Origin: the human T2T-CHM13v2.0 reference genome, Homo sapiens
Assembly (NCBI RefSeq): GCF_009914755.1
Contig: NC_060930.1
DNA: 64,000 nt
Strand: one strand, 5' to 3'
In this document: piece by piece, positions 15,281 through 32,461 of the stretch
Layout of the letters: each line of letters begins with the position of its first letter
Numbering within the stretch: the stretch's first letter is position 1
Made by a program: the position numbers and the translations under genes
Notes under the pieces: generated by a model
The model's input: only the letters and a program-made list of their open reading frames with translations
Databases searched by the model: none
What the model was told of the DNA's origin: nothing

Positions 15281-15643
15281 TGTATTAGTCCGTTTTCATG
15301 CTGCTGATAAAAACCTACTCCAGACTGGGTAATTTATAAAGGAAAGAGGCTTAATGGACTCACAGTTTCACATGACTGGGGAGGTCTCACAATCATGGCA
15401 GAAGGCAAAAGGCATGTCTTACATGGTGGCAGACAAGAGAAAATGAGAGATCAGAGCAAAAGGGGAAACCTCTTATAAAACCATCAGACCTCATGAAACT
15501 TATTCACTACCATAAGAATAGTATGGGGGAAACTGCCCCCATGATTCAATCATCTCACAATGGGTCCCTCCCATAACCCATAGGAATTATGGGAGCTACA
15601 ATTCAAGACGAGGTTTAGGTGGGGACACAGCCAAACCATATCA
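15281..15643 (-). mobile_element. THE1 solo LTR (MaLR)
   Basis: tgtattagtcc...ggggacacagccaaaccatatca; TSD ccaac/gcaac. Confidence 0.92.
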
Positions 15644-15996
15644 GCAACCTGTATTTTATAGTTGGAGTCTGTTTGTATTGATTGATTGCTATAATGATTG
15701 TTAAATATTAAATATTTTGAGTTTTACCTTGCATGAAGCACAAAGGAGATGCCAGTTAAGATTTCTGCCTACCACTAGCAGAACCTTTGCAGACAAGTCG
15801 TGCTGCTGTAAGCACAGATTTAATTGTTGGTTACAATATGGAAGATGTTATTCTAGAAATGAACCTTTCTGGGGTCATAATGGCTTTGAGTTCTTTTCAA
15901 GTAGGTACAAAGATTTAATGCCATGCTGTATGAGAAGCAAAGTCATTAGGTTGGGCCCAGTGGTTCTCAGTCCTGGCTGCACATAGAATCACCTGG

Positions 15997-16779
<783 letters not shown>

Positions 16780-17035
16780 CCTGGGGAGCCTTTTGAAAAC
16801 ACTTGTGCCTGCACCCTACCCTAAACCAAAGAAATCAGAATCTATCTGTGCAGAGTCATGGGAAATCTTCCCCAGGTGATGTCACTGTCCATCCAGAATA
16901 GAATCACTGCAGCTAGACATCTATTCTCATTCAGTGCATGAAGCAAGTACCTGGCCCTACAGCTCCTCTACCAGCAGACATTGTGGCAGGTGTCCACTTT
17001 CTAGATGAAACTTTCCTTATAAAAGACCTACTGTA

Positions 17036-17331
<296 letters not shown>

Positions 17332-19689
17332 TGAAAGACCTACTGTGTATGTACCATCCATAAATCCAAGCAAGAGAGGATGCTGCTCTGCATCTTATAA
17401 GGGAGCAAGCAACCTGGCCTTCTTTCAACAGCACTTCTCTTCATGAAAAGGAGAGTCCACGGGGCCAAAGCGATACCCCCACCCCACCCCAAACACATCC
17501 TTAATCATGCTTTGAGTTCCCAGGACCCTAAAATTCCCTTCCCAATCAACTAAAACCAACTTCTTAGGACCTGACTAGGCACACCTTTAGGCCAAGGGAT
17601 GTCCCAGAGGTGGCTGTTGATGAGGGTGTTAATGCAGCTTGGACACGTGTGGTGGAGTTTGAGAGGTCCCATGCATTGTAGGATGGGGGTAGGGTCTGAA
17701 AAGATGGGGGTAGACCCAGGACCTAGGGCAGTGGGCCAGGCAGTGAGAGGCCCGATTTCCCTGGCCATCCAATTCCAGGATGAAACTCCAAGGAGTCAGG
17801 GAACTCTAAATTCAAATCCAGCCTCTAGATAGTTAATGAAAATACATTTGTCATGAAGGGAGGGTAGAACATATTTTATGTTTTACTTAAGAATGTTCAA
17901 GCTTGCATCATAACTTTTAAGTATTTAGGCATATGGCTTGTGGGCCTCCGTTTGTACTCTTGCCCTGGGCCCTGCAAATGTTAGGGGCGAGCCGAAAGGA
18001 CACATCTTTGCCTCACATCCCTCCGGGATGTTTGCTTATTTGAAATTAGCAGCCATGGAAGCTTTCCAAGGCTCTTTGAATGCAATGAGAATGTGGTCCA
18101 TCAAAAATGCTGTCTGATTTTATTGCACATGAGAAGTTGTTAACTCTGGCAGCCCAGCCAGATTCTTGTATGTTCTCATTGTCCCTTAGGCCTCCCCAGC
18201 CAAATCCTAATGGGGTAATGAGTCTGTGCCTATGAGATTTGAGGGAGGGGCTGAGGGAAGTGTAATCAAGCAAATCACAAAGTGTTGAGCTTAGAGAACG
18301 GAAGGCCTCCGTTCCTTTGACTTCATTTTCAATTCACTTAATTTCAGGGTTGGATCCCCCCCACCCCGCCCCTTTGGCAGTGAAAAAGAAAAGGAATGTT
18401 CTCTGTTTTTCCTCTTATAAAACCTGGAGCATAATAACTGCCCTGGACTGTTAGGAACACGGTGAGGAGGATCTCAGAGAACAGGGACTGCTTATAGCCT
18501 ACATATGAAATTGTATAAGCAATTGTCGTTTTTCCCCCATTCATTAATCTGGCAGGATTTACTAAGGGTTTTAGAAGGGAAACATGGCTGTTTTAAGAGA
18601 AACTACAATAAGGAAATGGTGGGGGTTGGGCAGAGAAGGCCAAGGACAGACTTGAATTCACACTTTATAAATCTGGCACGGTATATGTGAACTGCTTCAT
18701 GAACTGGCTGATATCAGGCAAATAAGAAAGTTAAAGCAAACCAAGAGCTATGCTCAAGCAGTCAGTTCTCCCAGCAAATTAACCAGGCACTTTCAGGAGT
18801 ATGAAACTCCAGAATCCAGGCAAATGGCACAGAGGTCTCTGAATGGGTCTCAGCAGCTGCCAAGGCAGCTCACACATCTTGCACACCAAAGGAGTCACTT
18901 ACCCTCTTGAGGAAATGAAAAGTCCCTAAGACCAAGCCTCTCTGGAACATGTCATAGGCCCTGGGAGAGCCCAGGGATAACCTTTAGGGTTAAGTGTCCC
19001 CATGATGCTGCTGGTATTTCAGTGAGAACAGGCAGGCCGGAAGGAGGCTGGTGTGGGAAGCAGCCCTCACACAGATGTTAGCATAAAAGAGCTGTTTACT
19101 TGGTGATTAGTATCATGAAATGAAAAGCTCAGGTTTCAACTGCTTAGGGAAGAATGATTATTTTTCTCACTGTGCAGCCTTTGCCGTTGGCACAGAGAAT
19201 GTATTCATCAACGTCCCAGGTGTCACTCTTGGGCAGGTGGGATTCCAGACTCAGGTTGGGCCATCACCCCTGGCCCCATCTGGAGAGACATGGGGACTTG
19301 CTCAAACTTTTGTATTTATGTAATGAGTAAGAGGCTGAATCCCAGAGGAGTTACCCCTCAGCCAGGCTAACCTCAGAGTTCTGCATTTACCATGGGTACA
19401 TCACCACAAAACAGTGACCAACACTACCTCGTTCCTAACTTCCCCAGAAGGGCAAGGGTGAAATGGACCAACTTACAGATTCATGGGGTTTAGAGAAAGA
19501 ATTAATCAGCACCCTCTTTTTATCACCAACAGGCCTACCCATGGCCAATACATCCAAATTGTGCACACTGTGGAAAGATCACTCTCTTAGTGCCTCAAAG
19601 CTTAGAATCAGTTTTATTAAATTATTCTAACATTTCCCCCAAAGAAGTATGAGCCAAGAGGCAGTTTATTTTCTGGAAAAAAAACATGC

Positions 19690-19875
19690 ACTTTGAACAT
19701 AAAGGGCTCTTGGTTTGAATACCAGTTCTTCCACTTACTAGTTATGAGATCTTGGGTGAGTTATTTAAGAATTCTGCATCTCAGTTTCCCAATATATAAA
19801 ATAGAGATAATAATAGCTACATCACAGAACGATTATGCAGATTAAATTAGATAACTCCTGATAGGCACTCAATAC
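19690..19875 (+). mobile_element. MIR
   Basis: ccacttactag...ctcagtttccc...ataataatagctac. Confidence 0.75.
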
Positions 19876-20098
19876 AAGGAAGCTTTTATGAACAGGAAAT
19901 GTGCTTTTCAGAGAAGCCTTTACCTCCCTCCCCATTGTAAGGTCTTCGAGTTCAATAGCAGCATCTGGGGTGGATTCTCCTCCAGAGCTACAGTGCTGCC
20001 TCCTCCTTTCCAAATGAATAAATCTGGTTGCTCCCATTGCATATATCAGTGTCTAAATAAAACTTTCGGTGAAAATGATTTCAAAAAACAATCTGAGG

Positions 20099-20350
20099 GG
20101 CTAGATGTGGTAGTTCATGCCTATAATTCCAGCACTTTGGGAGTCCCAGGTGGGTGGATCACCTGAGGTCGGGAGACTAGCCTGGTCAACATGGTGAAAC
20201 CTCGTCTCTACTAAAAATACAAAAATTAGCAAGACGTGGTGGTAGGCACCCGTAATCCCAGCTGCTCAGGAGGCAGAAGTTGCAGTGAGCTGAGACTGTG
20301 CCACTGCACTCCAGCCTGGGTGACAGCGAGACTCTGTCTCAAAAAAAAAA
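20099..20350 (+). mobile_element. Alu with internal deletions
   Basis: Right arm jumps cagctgctcaggaggc|agaagttgcag; TSD tctgaggg. Confidence 0.92.
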
Positions 20351-21821
20351 GTCTGAGGGATTGCTTCTTGCCATCTCCTTCCTACCATCCCACTCTACCT
20401 TCCACGTTGCATCAGGAAAATAGCATCTGGGGAAAGAATGGGAGACTCAGCTTTTCTGGGAAGTAGTGATGGGCAAAGGCAGTTGAAGGCTGTGACCTTG
20501 AAAGGACATCAGAAGCTACCCAATAGAAACCCCTCTGAAGCTGAACGCTAGATGATAACAGAATGGCTTTTTTTAAGACTTGTTTCCTTACTAGCTTCAA
20601 GGCTGCCCTAAAGGCAGACCAGAAAGGGGCAATTCTTACACCCAAGGCCCAGGTGTGAACCCAGCATCCTTACTTGTAATTGCATGTATGGTAATTGTCT
20701 GTCCAGCGTATCCCAACCAGAGATGCATACCATCTTGCCTCAATCCCGTTTCCAAATTCTTTTCTGCATATAGAATACTATATCTCTACTGCCATGTAAT
20801 ACTTGTTATTATCATTAGGCCCAATTATCACTGATACCACACAACAGTATTTTTTAAAAGTCTTGATGTTATAATGATGGATGTTATGTTTTGGCACCGC
20901 TCTTCTGCCTGATCTCATACAGAACTTCTCACATACCACAGATAAGATGCATGAATAAATAAATTGCTTTTAATGCTGGATGACACATGGACTGAGTGTG
21001 TAATGGCAGGTCCATGAACAGGAAGGTGGGGAAAAACATGTGTGGAGAGACTTAGACAGATAGAGTGCTTAGAACCAAAAATAGGTAGTTTAGAATTACA
21101 CAAGCATCCCTGATCTCTTCACGACAATAGGGAATTTTTACCTGTTCTTTGTCTCACGTAGCTTATAGATCTACCAGAAATTCCTGGAGGTGAACTAGAG
21201 CAAGACATCCTTCACTTTTCCTTCCCGGAACTGAGTTCACACTTTGCCAACATGAAATTTTGGTTTGCTGTTGGAAAGAATCTATGTTAATGGTCCCAAT
21301 CTTAACAAAACATGCTGTCAGAGGAGTTTGGGAATAGAAGGGAAGAAAAGGGTGGGCCCGGCTGTGTGGCTCTTCAGCCTGAGCCCTGTGGAAAAGATTA
21401 CCATCTGGAGACTGTGACCTCTTAGCAAGTGCAAACATCATTTAACTCTTTAAAAGCAACTAGAGCATCCATCATCATTCTTTAAAACAAACAGAAACCA
21501 AAAACGAACAAACAAATATGAATCCCTTACTTTTGCAGGCACTGTGCTTTGCAAAGGGAATAAGATAAGCCTCTCAAGCAATGATTCACAGGAAAGAGAA
21601 GAGAATGTTACAGTCTCCATGGGAATGATAAAGGAGGTAGGGGAGGAGTCTGAGACCACAAGTCCCACACTTCTTCAAAATGCCCCTGGCCACTCTGCCT
21701 GAGTCTTAGCTGGCCTGTGAAGCCCTTACATGGCTCCTGGGCAAGTGCTATGCAGCATTATTGTTTACAACATGTTTATATGACCACATTAAGAGTAGAG
21801 TCATTATAGAAGGAGCAGGAT

Positions 21822-21852
<31 letters not shown>

Positions 21853-22577
21853 ACAAAAGAGTAGGACCAGCCAGCTGGGCAACTAATTGTCACTAATCTA
21901 TAAAGGTCACCAAAATGTTACAGGAATCAATGTGCACTGATCTCATTCCTAGTGCCCTTGAGAAAAAAAAAGAAAATACTCTTCACTAGGGCAAACTCAC
22001 TTCTATTGAGTATTTTTTGGGGAAATAGTGGTGGCCATCAACTGAAAATTATGATCACAGATAGCTGAATTCTGACAAATTCTAGAACAAATAACTGAAG
22101 ATCTACTGAAGTTGTTCATGGGTCAAATAATGGCAGAATCACTGTCCTGGAGACAGTCAAAAGGATATATCCCCTGGGAAGTGCCTACTGATGAAAAACA
22201 ATAGACACAGGGGTTGAATATATTCCAGCTTTCCTAGTGGTCTTAATTAGTAAGTCAGTATGATTACATGGTCAATCAAATTGATTGTTGATTAGCTTAA
22301 GTGGCTGGAGGAAAAAAGCACATTGATTCTTTTCTCTAGGTGGTATTTTATGTCAAATAAACATTGTATTTTTCTAAGGATCTCTAGGAAATGAGATTTA
22401 TTCTTGCTCTTTAATAAACTTTTCCAATGACTAAATGCCTTAAAATCCAAACATTATTTTGCACATTTTACCTAAATTTTCTTGGTGAAATGTAGACTTA
22501 TTTTCCCTTTGTTTGAGATCACTTCTGAAATAGGGAGTCCTCACAGCTTCATTTATGACCCTGAATAAACTACCTGT

Positions 22578-22996
22578 TGATATGGTTTGGATTTGTGTCT
22601 CCACTCAAATCTCATGTGGAATTGTAATCCCCAATGTTGGAGAAGAGGCCTGATGGGAGGTGATTGTCTCATGGGTTTGAACTTCCCCTTGCCGTTCTTG
22701 TGATAGTGAGTGAGTTCTCACGAGATCTGGTTGTTGTGTGTAGCACCTTCCCCTTTGCACTCTTCCTCTTTCTCCTGCCATGTAAGATATTCCTGCTTCC
22801 TCTTTGCCTTCCATTATGATTGTAAGTTTCCTGAAGCCTCCCCAGCTATGCTTCCTGTACAGCCTGTGAAACTCTGAGTCAATTAAACCTCTCTTCTTTA
22901 TAAATTACCCAGTCTCAGGTAGTTCTTTATAGCAATGTATTGATATAATAAATAATAAATACTCTTTATTAATAAAGAGTATTACAGACTAATATA
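22578..22996 (+). mobile_element. MST (MSTA/B-like) solo LTR
   Basis: tgatatggtttggatttgtgtc...ataaattacccagtctcaggtagttctttatagcaatg...cagactaata. Confidence 0.9.
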
Positions 22997-22999
22997 CCC

Positions 23000-23449
23000 A
23001 TCTTGTTTGCAATAAAATTCAAACTCTTTAATGTTGCCTAAAAGATTCATCTATGACTTGCCTACTCACTCACTCTTCACCTCTCTGATCTCATGACCTC
23101 CTACTCTGCCACTGCTTACTCTTTCAGGCACACTGACCTCATAGCTATAAAAATACCAGACACATGCTTGCCCCAAGGCCTTTGCACTTGCCATTCTTTC
23201 TCTCTAGAGACCTTGTTCCTAGATATCTGCCCAGCATGTTCCCTCACATCAGATTTCTACTAAATATCCCCCAACCAAAGAGGTCTTTCATGATAGTTCT
23301 ATATAAAAACTACTCCATAATTCTACATTTAACTGCTTCATTTTTCCTTATTAATATTTTTAACCCAAAATATTTATGTATCTAATATATGTTTCCAACT
23401 ATGGTTTATAAGGTTTGTGAGATCAAGGTCTTTGTTTTTGTTCACTGAT
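23000..23449 (+). mobile_element. L2 3' fragment
   Basis: aaattcaaactc...ggcctttgcacttgcc...ttgttcactg. Confidence 0.65.
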
Positions 23450-23865
23450 TGCTATGATTTGAATGTTTGTCCTTTCCCAAACCATGTTGAAATTTAATTT
23501 TCAGTGTAATAATATTAAAAGGTGGAAACTTTTAGAGGTGATTAGGCCATGAGAGCTTTGCCCTCATAATGGATCAATGCCATTATCAGGAAAATCTGTT
23601 TGTTATTGCAGGAGTGGATTCCCTATGAAAGAATGACTTTGGCCCCATTTTATATCTCCCTTTCTCTCTCTTTCTTCCTTTCTTTCCCCTTTTGCTATGT
23701 GATGCCTTTCGCCATGTTATGATGCAGCATGATGGCCCTTACCAGATGTCGACACCTTGATCTCAGCATTCCCAGCCTCTAGAAGTGTGAGAAATAAATT
23801 TCTATTTACCATAAATTTCCCAGTTTATGGTAGTCTGTTATAGGAGCACAAAACAAACTAAGACA
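23450..23865 (+). mobile_element. MST (MSTC/D-like) solo LTR inserted in the L2 3' end
   Basis: tgctatgatttgaatg...gaaataaatttct...aaactaagaca. Confidence 0.82.
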
Positions 23866-24152
23866 TTGTTATATCCCCTACAGCAATAGGTGAACATTTG
23901 TTCATTCAATAAGTATTATTGAACATGTCTATATAACAGACACTGAGACACATGCCAAAACCAAAGGTGCACCAAAGAGATGTTAAACCAGCCTTTTCCA
24001 TTCTGAGGAGAGTAGCCCGTTGAGGGCTATGAGTGTTGTAATTCTTTCCTTTCTCTCCTGTTCTTAAGCAAAACAAAGACAACAGCATACACTTTTCTCT
24101 TCCAGAGCCCTTTCAATTTTTTAAATACACAAATGTCTTCTTGTTGTTTTGA

Positions 24153-24516
<364 letters not shown>

Positions 24517-24927
24517 TAATACCTTCCATTCATTATCTATTTTTAACAGATTGAATTTTCTCTTAGGCAAAAGGTTAATTTTATTGTAAAAAGACATGAC
24601 ATATCTTGAGAATTTATTATTTTTGACTTCTGCATATAACCTAAAGTCATAGGTTTCAGCAAGATTAGTAACGAACAAACTCATGCAAGGTTAGGAGCTC
24701 AAATTTGGTTAGGCTCAGAAAACATTCCAAGGGTTGCAATATTTCTCAAATGCTCATCTTTGCATTTGAGCAGAAAGCCCACTATGCATGTAATCTCCAT
24801 TAAGACAGCAGTATGCCAGCCTTATTCATCATTGCAGGACCCACCAGTGCCTCACATAGTAGCAGGTAGTAGTGAATCTGTTGTCAGCTTCAGTGTGCCC
24901 AGTCAGTGCTTCTGGCTTTATTCTTCT

Positions 24928-24933
24928 ATGTGT

Positions 24934-25008
<75 letters not shown>

Positions 25009-25131
25009 TATATTACGTATATATATATACATATTCTATATATATATCGAATATGTATATATATACACATATATATGTATGTACATATATGTATATATGT
25101 GTATATATAGAGTATGTATATATATATATAT
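24928..25131. repeat. (TG)n(TA)n(CA)n compound repeat plus TA-rich extension
   Basis: Direct inspection. Confidence 0.95.
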
Positions 25132-27753
25132 TTTATTTCAGTAATGGCCTGTGTCTTTATCTCCTATTTTTATGAAAAGGTGTTAATGTTTTTGATAGAA
25201 ATTGAAATGAAATCTTCCCCAGCAGTGCTTTTTCTGTGGGCACCCATACCTTATTTCTCAGTATTCCTATATCTCTTCACACCAAAGTAAACACCTCGTG
25301 TAAATTTTGAAACAATGAAGCTAACTAATTTTTCTCATGCATACAAACAGTTTGAGCCAAGATTCAGGACAGTTCCTATGCTGTCAAACATGATTAGCCA
25401 TCCCAAAGGAAAACCAGCAAGGAGAGAGAGGGAGAGAGAGAGAGAGAGAAATGGTGGCCAGTTATAGGAAATGGAAGAAAGGCCTTTCTCTTACCTCTGG
25501 AGATTGTAGATGGTTGATATGGAAGATTACACTGGAACAAAGATTGCATTGCTGGCTTATGTCATTTATGCTCTACTTGTACTACATTATTATAGGCTAG
25601 TTCTATTGTCTTGGTGGACAATAGAGGGTTTTATTTCAACATTATGTACAGACTGCCTGTATGGTCTCTTTCTTCCCTCCTCCAGATGCAGGAAGATATT
25701 TAGTATCCGATTTCTGAAGGAGCCATGTCAAAAAGAGGAGGTATAAACATTTTCTTTTTTTCCTCCTTTTTCTCCCATGTCAGCTTTCAAAGTCCCATAA
25801 TTCTTCTTTTGTTTGTGATAGAAAAGTAAATCATAGCCCATTACAGTGCAGCCTTCTTGGACAACACTGTACGAACAAAACTGAGTAATAAAATAGAACT
25901 CTAAAAGGATAATTTTCATTTCACACAACTAAAGAGTAAGTGTTTAAGTAATTTAAGGAAAAAATTGTTTAAGCATAAATACTTAGAAAATTCTGCTTTT
26001 AGATAAAATCTCTAACTTCCTTCCCTCTTCTTGTTTCTACCTCATCATTTACACACGAAAAATTCAAAGTTCTATGTTCCCAAGTAGACACATAAATACA
26101 TAATGCATAGCCAATGCACTTTCATAATAATTGTTTAACTAAATCATGCTTTCTGATGTCATTTACTGGGATGTATATTCAGCAATGCTGCCAAACCTTG
26201 TATTCAACTGAACTCTATGTTCTGTCCAGTATTTCAATTTTCTCTTACCATTGGTGAATCAATACAAGTGGATTGGGACATACACAAAGTAAAGAATGAG
26301 CAATTCTATTTTTTTTCTTAATTTGGACCAAAAAAATGTCAGATAATTCATGACAACAATCCAATCTCATTCTCCTAAATTTCCTAAATTATCCATGCCA
26401 GCTTCAGCAATCAAGGACCATCCTTTGTTAGGAAGAAACCTCTGTCCTCCAAATATGCTCAGCTTTAATTATCTCCAAATTAGCCTGGTCATCACAAGTT
26501 TGCCCTGATTAAACCACTTCACTGTTGAGTAGCCATTGTTAGGGGTACTGACCTGTCTCTTGCTAAAGAAAACTGGTGCAATGGGAATATGGCTTTTGTG
26601 TCACTTTGTATACTTAAACTTTTGGGCTGCAGTTTCCCCATCTTCAAGCAAGAATGACTCATCAGTCTCAGAGGGATTGATGAGCATTGGATAGGTAATA
26701 TCATGGGCAGTGGGGGGTTGGAAAAGAAAGCATATTGGATTTAAGATTATGATAAACATCATTTGACATATGTCTTTCAAGTCACTGACTGAATCCTTTT
26801 CATAACACTCATAGGTAAATCTTAGGCAAAATTCCTGCAAAATAAGTTGTTACATTCCTGGAAAGCTTAGCGTAAGCATAACTAATTTTATTGGTTCACT
26901 AATCAAGGCAAACTTAATTCTCTGGGGAAATAGCACTTCCACATGATATATCTTCTCTCTCTTTTATTTATACTGCTCCCACTTCATTTCCAACTCTTAT
27001 TACACCACACCTTGAGTATTGCAACAGCCTCCCAACTGACCTTCCTCCTTCTCTTGCCCCTCTCTCCTCTGGTTTATCCTGCAGATTACCCTCCAGCTTT
27101 ATTTTCTTAATAAATAAAGAAGAGTTTATAATAATATATAGAAGAAAAGAAAATAATATATAGAAGAAAAGAAGAGTATATAATAAAATGGAGAAGTTGC
27201 CAAGCTCCTACTCAATATCTTCGAGTTCAGTATCGATGGAATTAAGTCCAAACCCCTTAGCCCAACAAATCTGGCTCTTAATGAATCTTTCAGTCTCAAG
27301 CACTACTACTCTTCAAGGTTGAACACAAAATACAATTTATTTTGAAGTATTTTCTGATCACAATCTGTCCTTCTAGCCTCCATGTTATAGGTTCTGCAAC
27401 ACTGCATAGCACTGCCCTTCAATCTTTATCATAATGAAGTCTATCCTTCAGCTCCAGACCTTATCCCCACCATAGTTGGAATACTTCCATTCAAATTTGC
27501 TGGAGCACAGGGTCTGCATCACAGCAATGGCATATCATCACTGCCTGGAATATTATATGTACAGGTACAAGTCTTAGCTTTCCCACCAGACTGAAACTCA
27601 ATGGAAAGCAGAAGTCATATCTTGCAGGGCACAGTACCTAACACATTGCCTTGTTAGGGGAGGGAGGTGTAATTAACTGAATATTCATTGAGTGAATGAA
27701 TTAATGAAACCAATAAACATAAATGCAGAGCTATAATTTTTTAAAAAAAGTAA

Positions 27754-29538
<1,785 letters not shown>

Positions 29539-31411
29539 TTTTTAAAAGAAATTATCTGTCAGTAAAATGACCAACATAGAATATAAGCAAAACATGTAAT
29601 AAACTATTTGTTATGAAAATTCCAAATGGAAGATAACTTTGTATCAAGAATAAATGCTTACATGTATCCTACCTGCATTAGAACTAAATACTCTCAACCC
29701 AACACCATGCTTTTGCAGGTCAAAGCAAGTGAATCTTTACCATCAGTGGATGCTCTAATATTCTAGAAATGGACTGGTAACTTATATTATTAAATGCCTG
29801 GTAGTTATAAACATCAATGGACTCATGATCAATTAACAAAAATGATTCTGTCTACAAGATAGCACATGTCTGAATAATGAATTCCATTAATACTATGCAG
29901 GAGTTCAGAGCTGGAAATCTGAAAGCATTTACAAAGATAATGTTTACACGAGTCTTTGAATACCCTGGCAAGGCAAACCATAAAAGTTAATAAATTAGTG
30001 ATTGAAGGGTGGAAGGGAGACCATATCACAACCATTGGAAGGATTTTGAATGATCTAATAAAATGCCCTACCCTATATATAAAATATTATATGGGAAACA
30101 ATCCTTCAGAATTTATTGATACTGTAAGGCTTTATTCCTCACACAATAAAAAGTAATTATCATAACACTAGACTGCCAGTTGAATGCCAATTTAATTAAG
30201 GAAATGACTTAAATATGCCATAGATACATTGTTCTTTTACATCAAAAGACCTGACATTACACAGACCTAAAATATTTCCTGTCTTCTAAGTATGAAATAA
30301 TACAAACTTTGGTTCTATGTGTGCTTTCCCATAAATGCCATTTTTAGAAGCATATAAATAACATCGTTTCATATTCATAGACCAAGGAATGAAAAGCAGT
30401 TAGAACCAAAAGGCAGTTTTACCTTGTGTGTCAGGTTATTTATACTAGGGAATCCCCTAGAGAAATCTGTTGACTTCTTGGATACCCAAGTACCATCAGT
30501 GGCTGGTGACACAGGAAGAAGGATAAATGAAGAGGGTGAGTGTGTGACTTTATGAATGGATGCCAGAAATTGTACTAAGGAAGGTTTCATTTAGTTTTTC
30601 AAGTCTTTTCTCCTTTTAAAATAGCAAATTGCAAAAATGGAAGCAAACAAATTTTAAAGCTTTTATCAGTCACATGTATGTTGGTGCTAGTGGAGGATTT
30701 GAAAACCCAAAACCTTGGAAAGGGAAGAGGAGCGAGGGGAGAAGTGGGATGAAGAGAGCCAAGTTTAGAAGACAGCATATTAATGAGGAAAGAAAGTTAT
30801 ATAAGGTTATCCTGGAGAGACCTAGACACGAATCTAAACCTTGCCTACTTCCCAGCTTTGACTATCGTTGCCCCTGATACACTCCTTTTATTATAGTTCT
30901 ACTTTTACGTTTATTGGTTTCATTAATTCATTCACTCACTCAGTAATCAGTTCAAATTTATCATCAATCATACTGTGAAAGTGGTGGCACTTCTGCCAAG
31001 AGATGGTGGCCTCAGCTTCTTAAGAATAGCCCTCTTGCTGATAAAGCTATTCAAACACAGTAAACTTAACTGTGGAAAGGCACTAAAGGAAGGTGTTTCA
31101 AGCACTGAAAATATTATTAGGAAAACCATGCAATTTATCATGCAAATGAGGATACAAAGGGGGCATTATTTATAATTACATCAGGTCTACAGGCAGACAT
31201 GTCAACTAGAATGTATGGTTATCCTATTTACAAATCCATGTTTGGCCATGAAAAACTATTACTGTCTTTCTGGTGTATTGGATAATTGATTTTTATCTTT
31301 GTTTTGAGAGTTGAATGATTGATTCCATACCTACTACTGTTTATAAATATTTGTTTTCTAATTCCTGATCTAATTTTCAGCAATGTGTTAGATGCTTAGA
31401 TGCTTAGTTAG

Positions 31412-31907
<496 letters not shown>

Positions 31908-32084
31908 TAAAAATTGTTTTAGGATCTGAAGGAAAATGCTGAGTTAGAGAGAATTAAAAAGTCTCTGAAATCTCTGGAAAAAAAAGAGTGAATGGCTGAT
32001 TTTTAAAAGATATGCTTTAGTTTTATTTCTATATTTCCATACTTTGCACTGGGTTGATTCCCATAATGTCAAGCTATGGCTGCT

Positions 32085-32461
32085 TGATGTGGTTTGGATG
32101 TGGCCCTGCCCAGATCTCATCTTGAATTGTAGTTCCCATAATCCCCATGTTTCATGAGAGGGACTCGGTGGGAGGTAATTGAATCATGGGGGGAGTTACT
32201 TCCATGCTGTTCTTGTGATAGTGAGTGAGTTCTCATGAGATCTGATGGTTTTATAAGGGGCTTTTCATCCCCTTTGCTCTGCACTTCTCTTTGCTGCTGC
32301 CATGTGAAGAAGGACATGTTTGCTTTTCCTTCCACCATGATTGTAAGTTTCCTGAGGCCTCCCTAGTCATTCTGAACTGTGAGTCAATTATACCTCTTTC
32401 CTTTATAAATTACCCAGTCTCGGTTATGTCTGTATTAGCAGCGTGGGAACAGATTAACACA
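32085..32461 (+). mobile_element. THE1 solo LTR (THE1C/D-like)
   Basis: tgatgtggtttgg...atctcatcttgaattgtagttcccataatcccc...cagattaacaca; perfect TSD ctgct. Confidence 0.92.
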
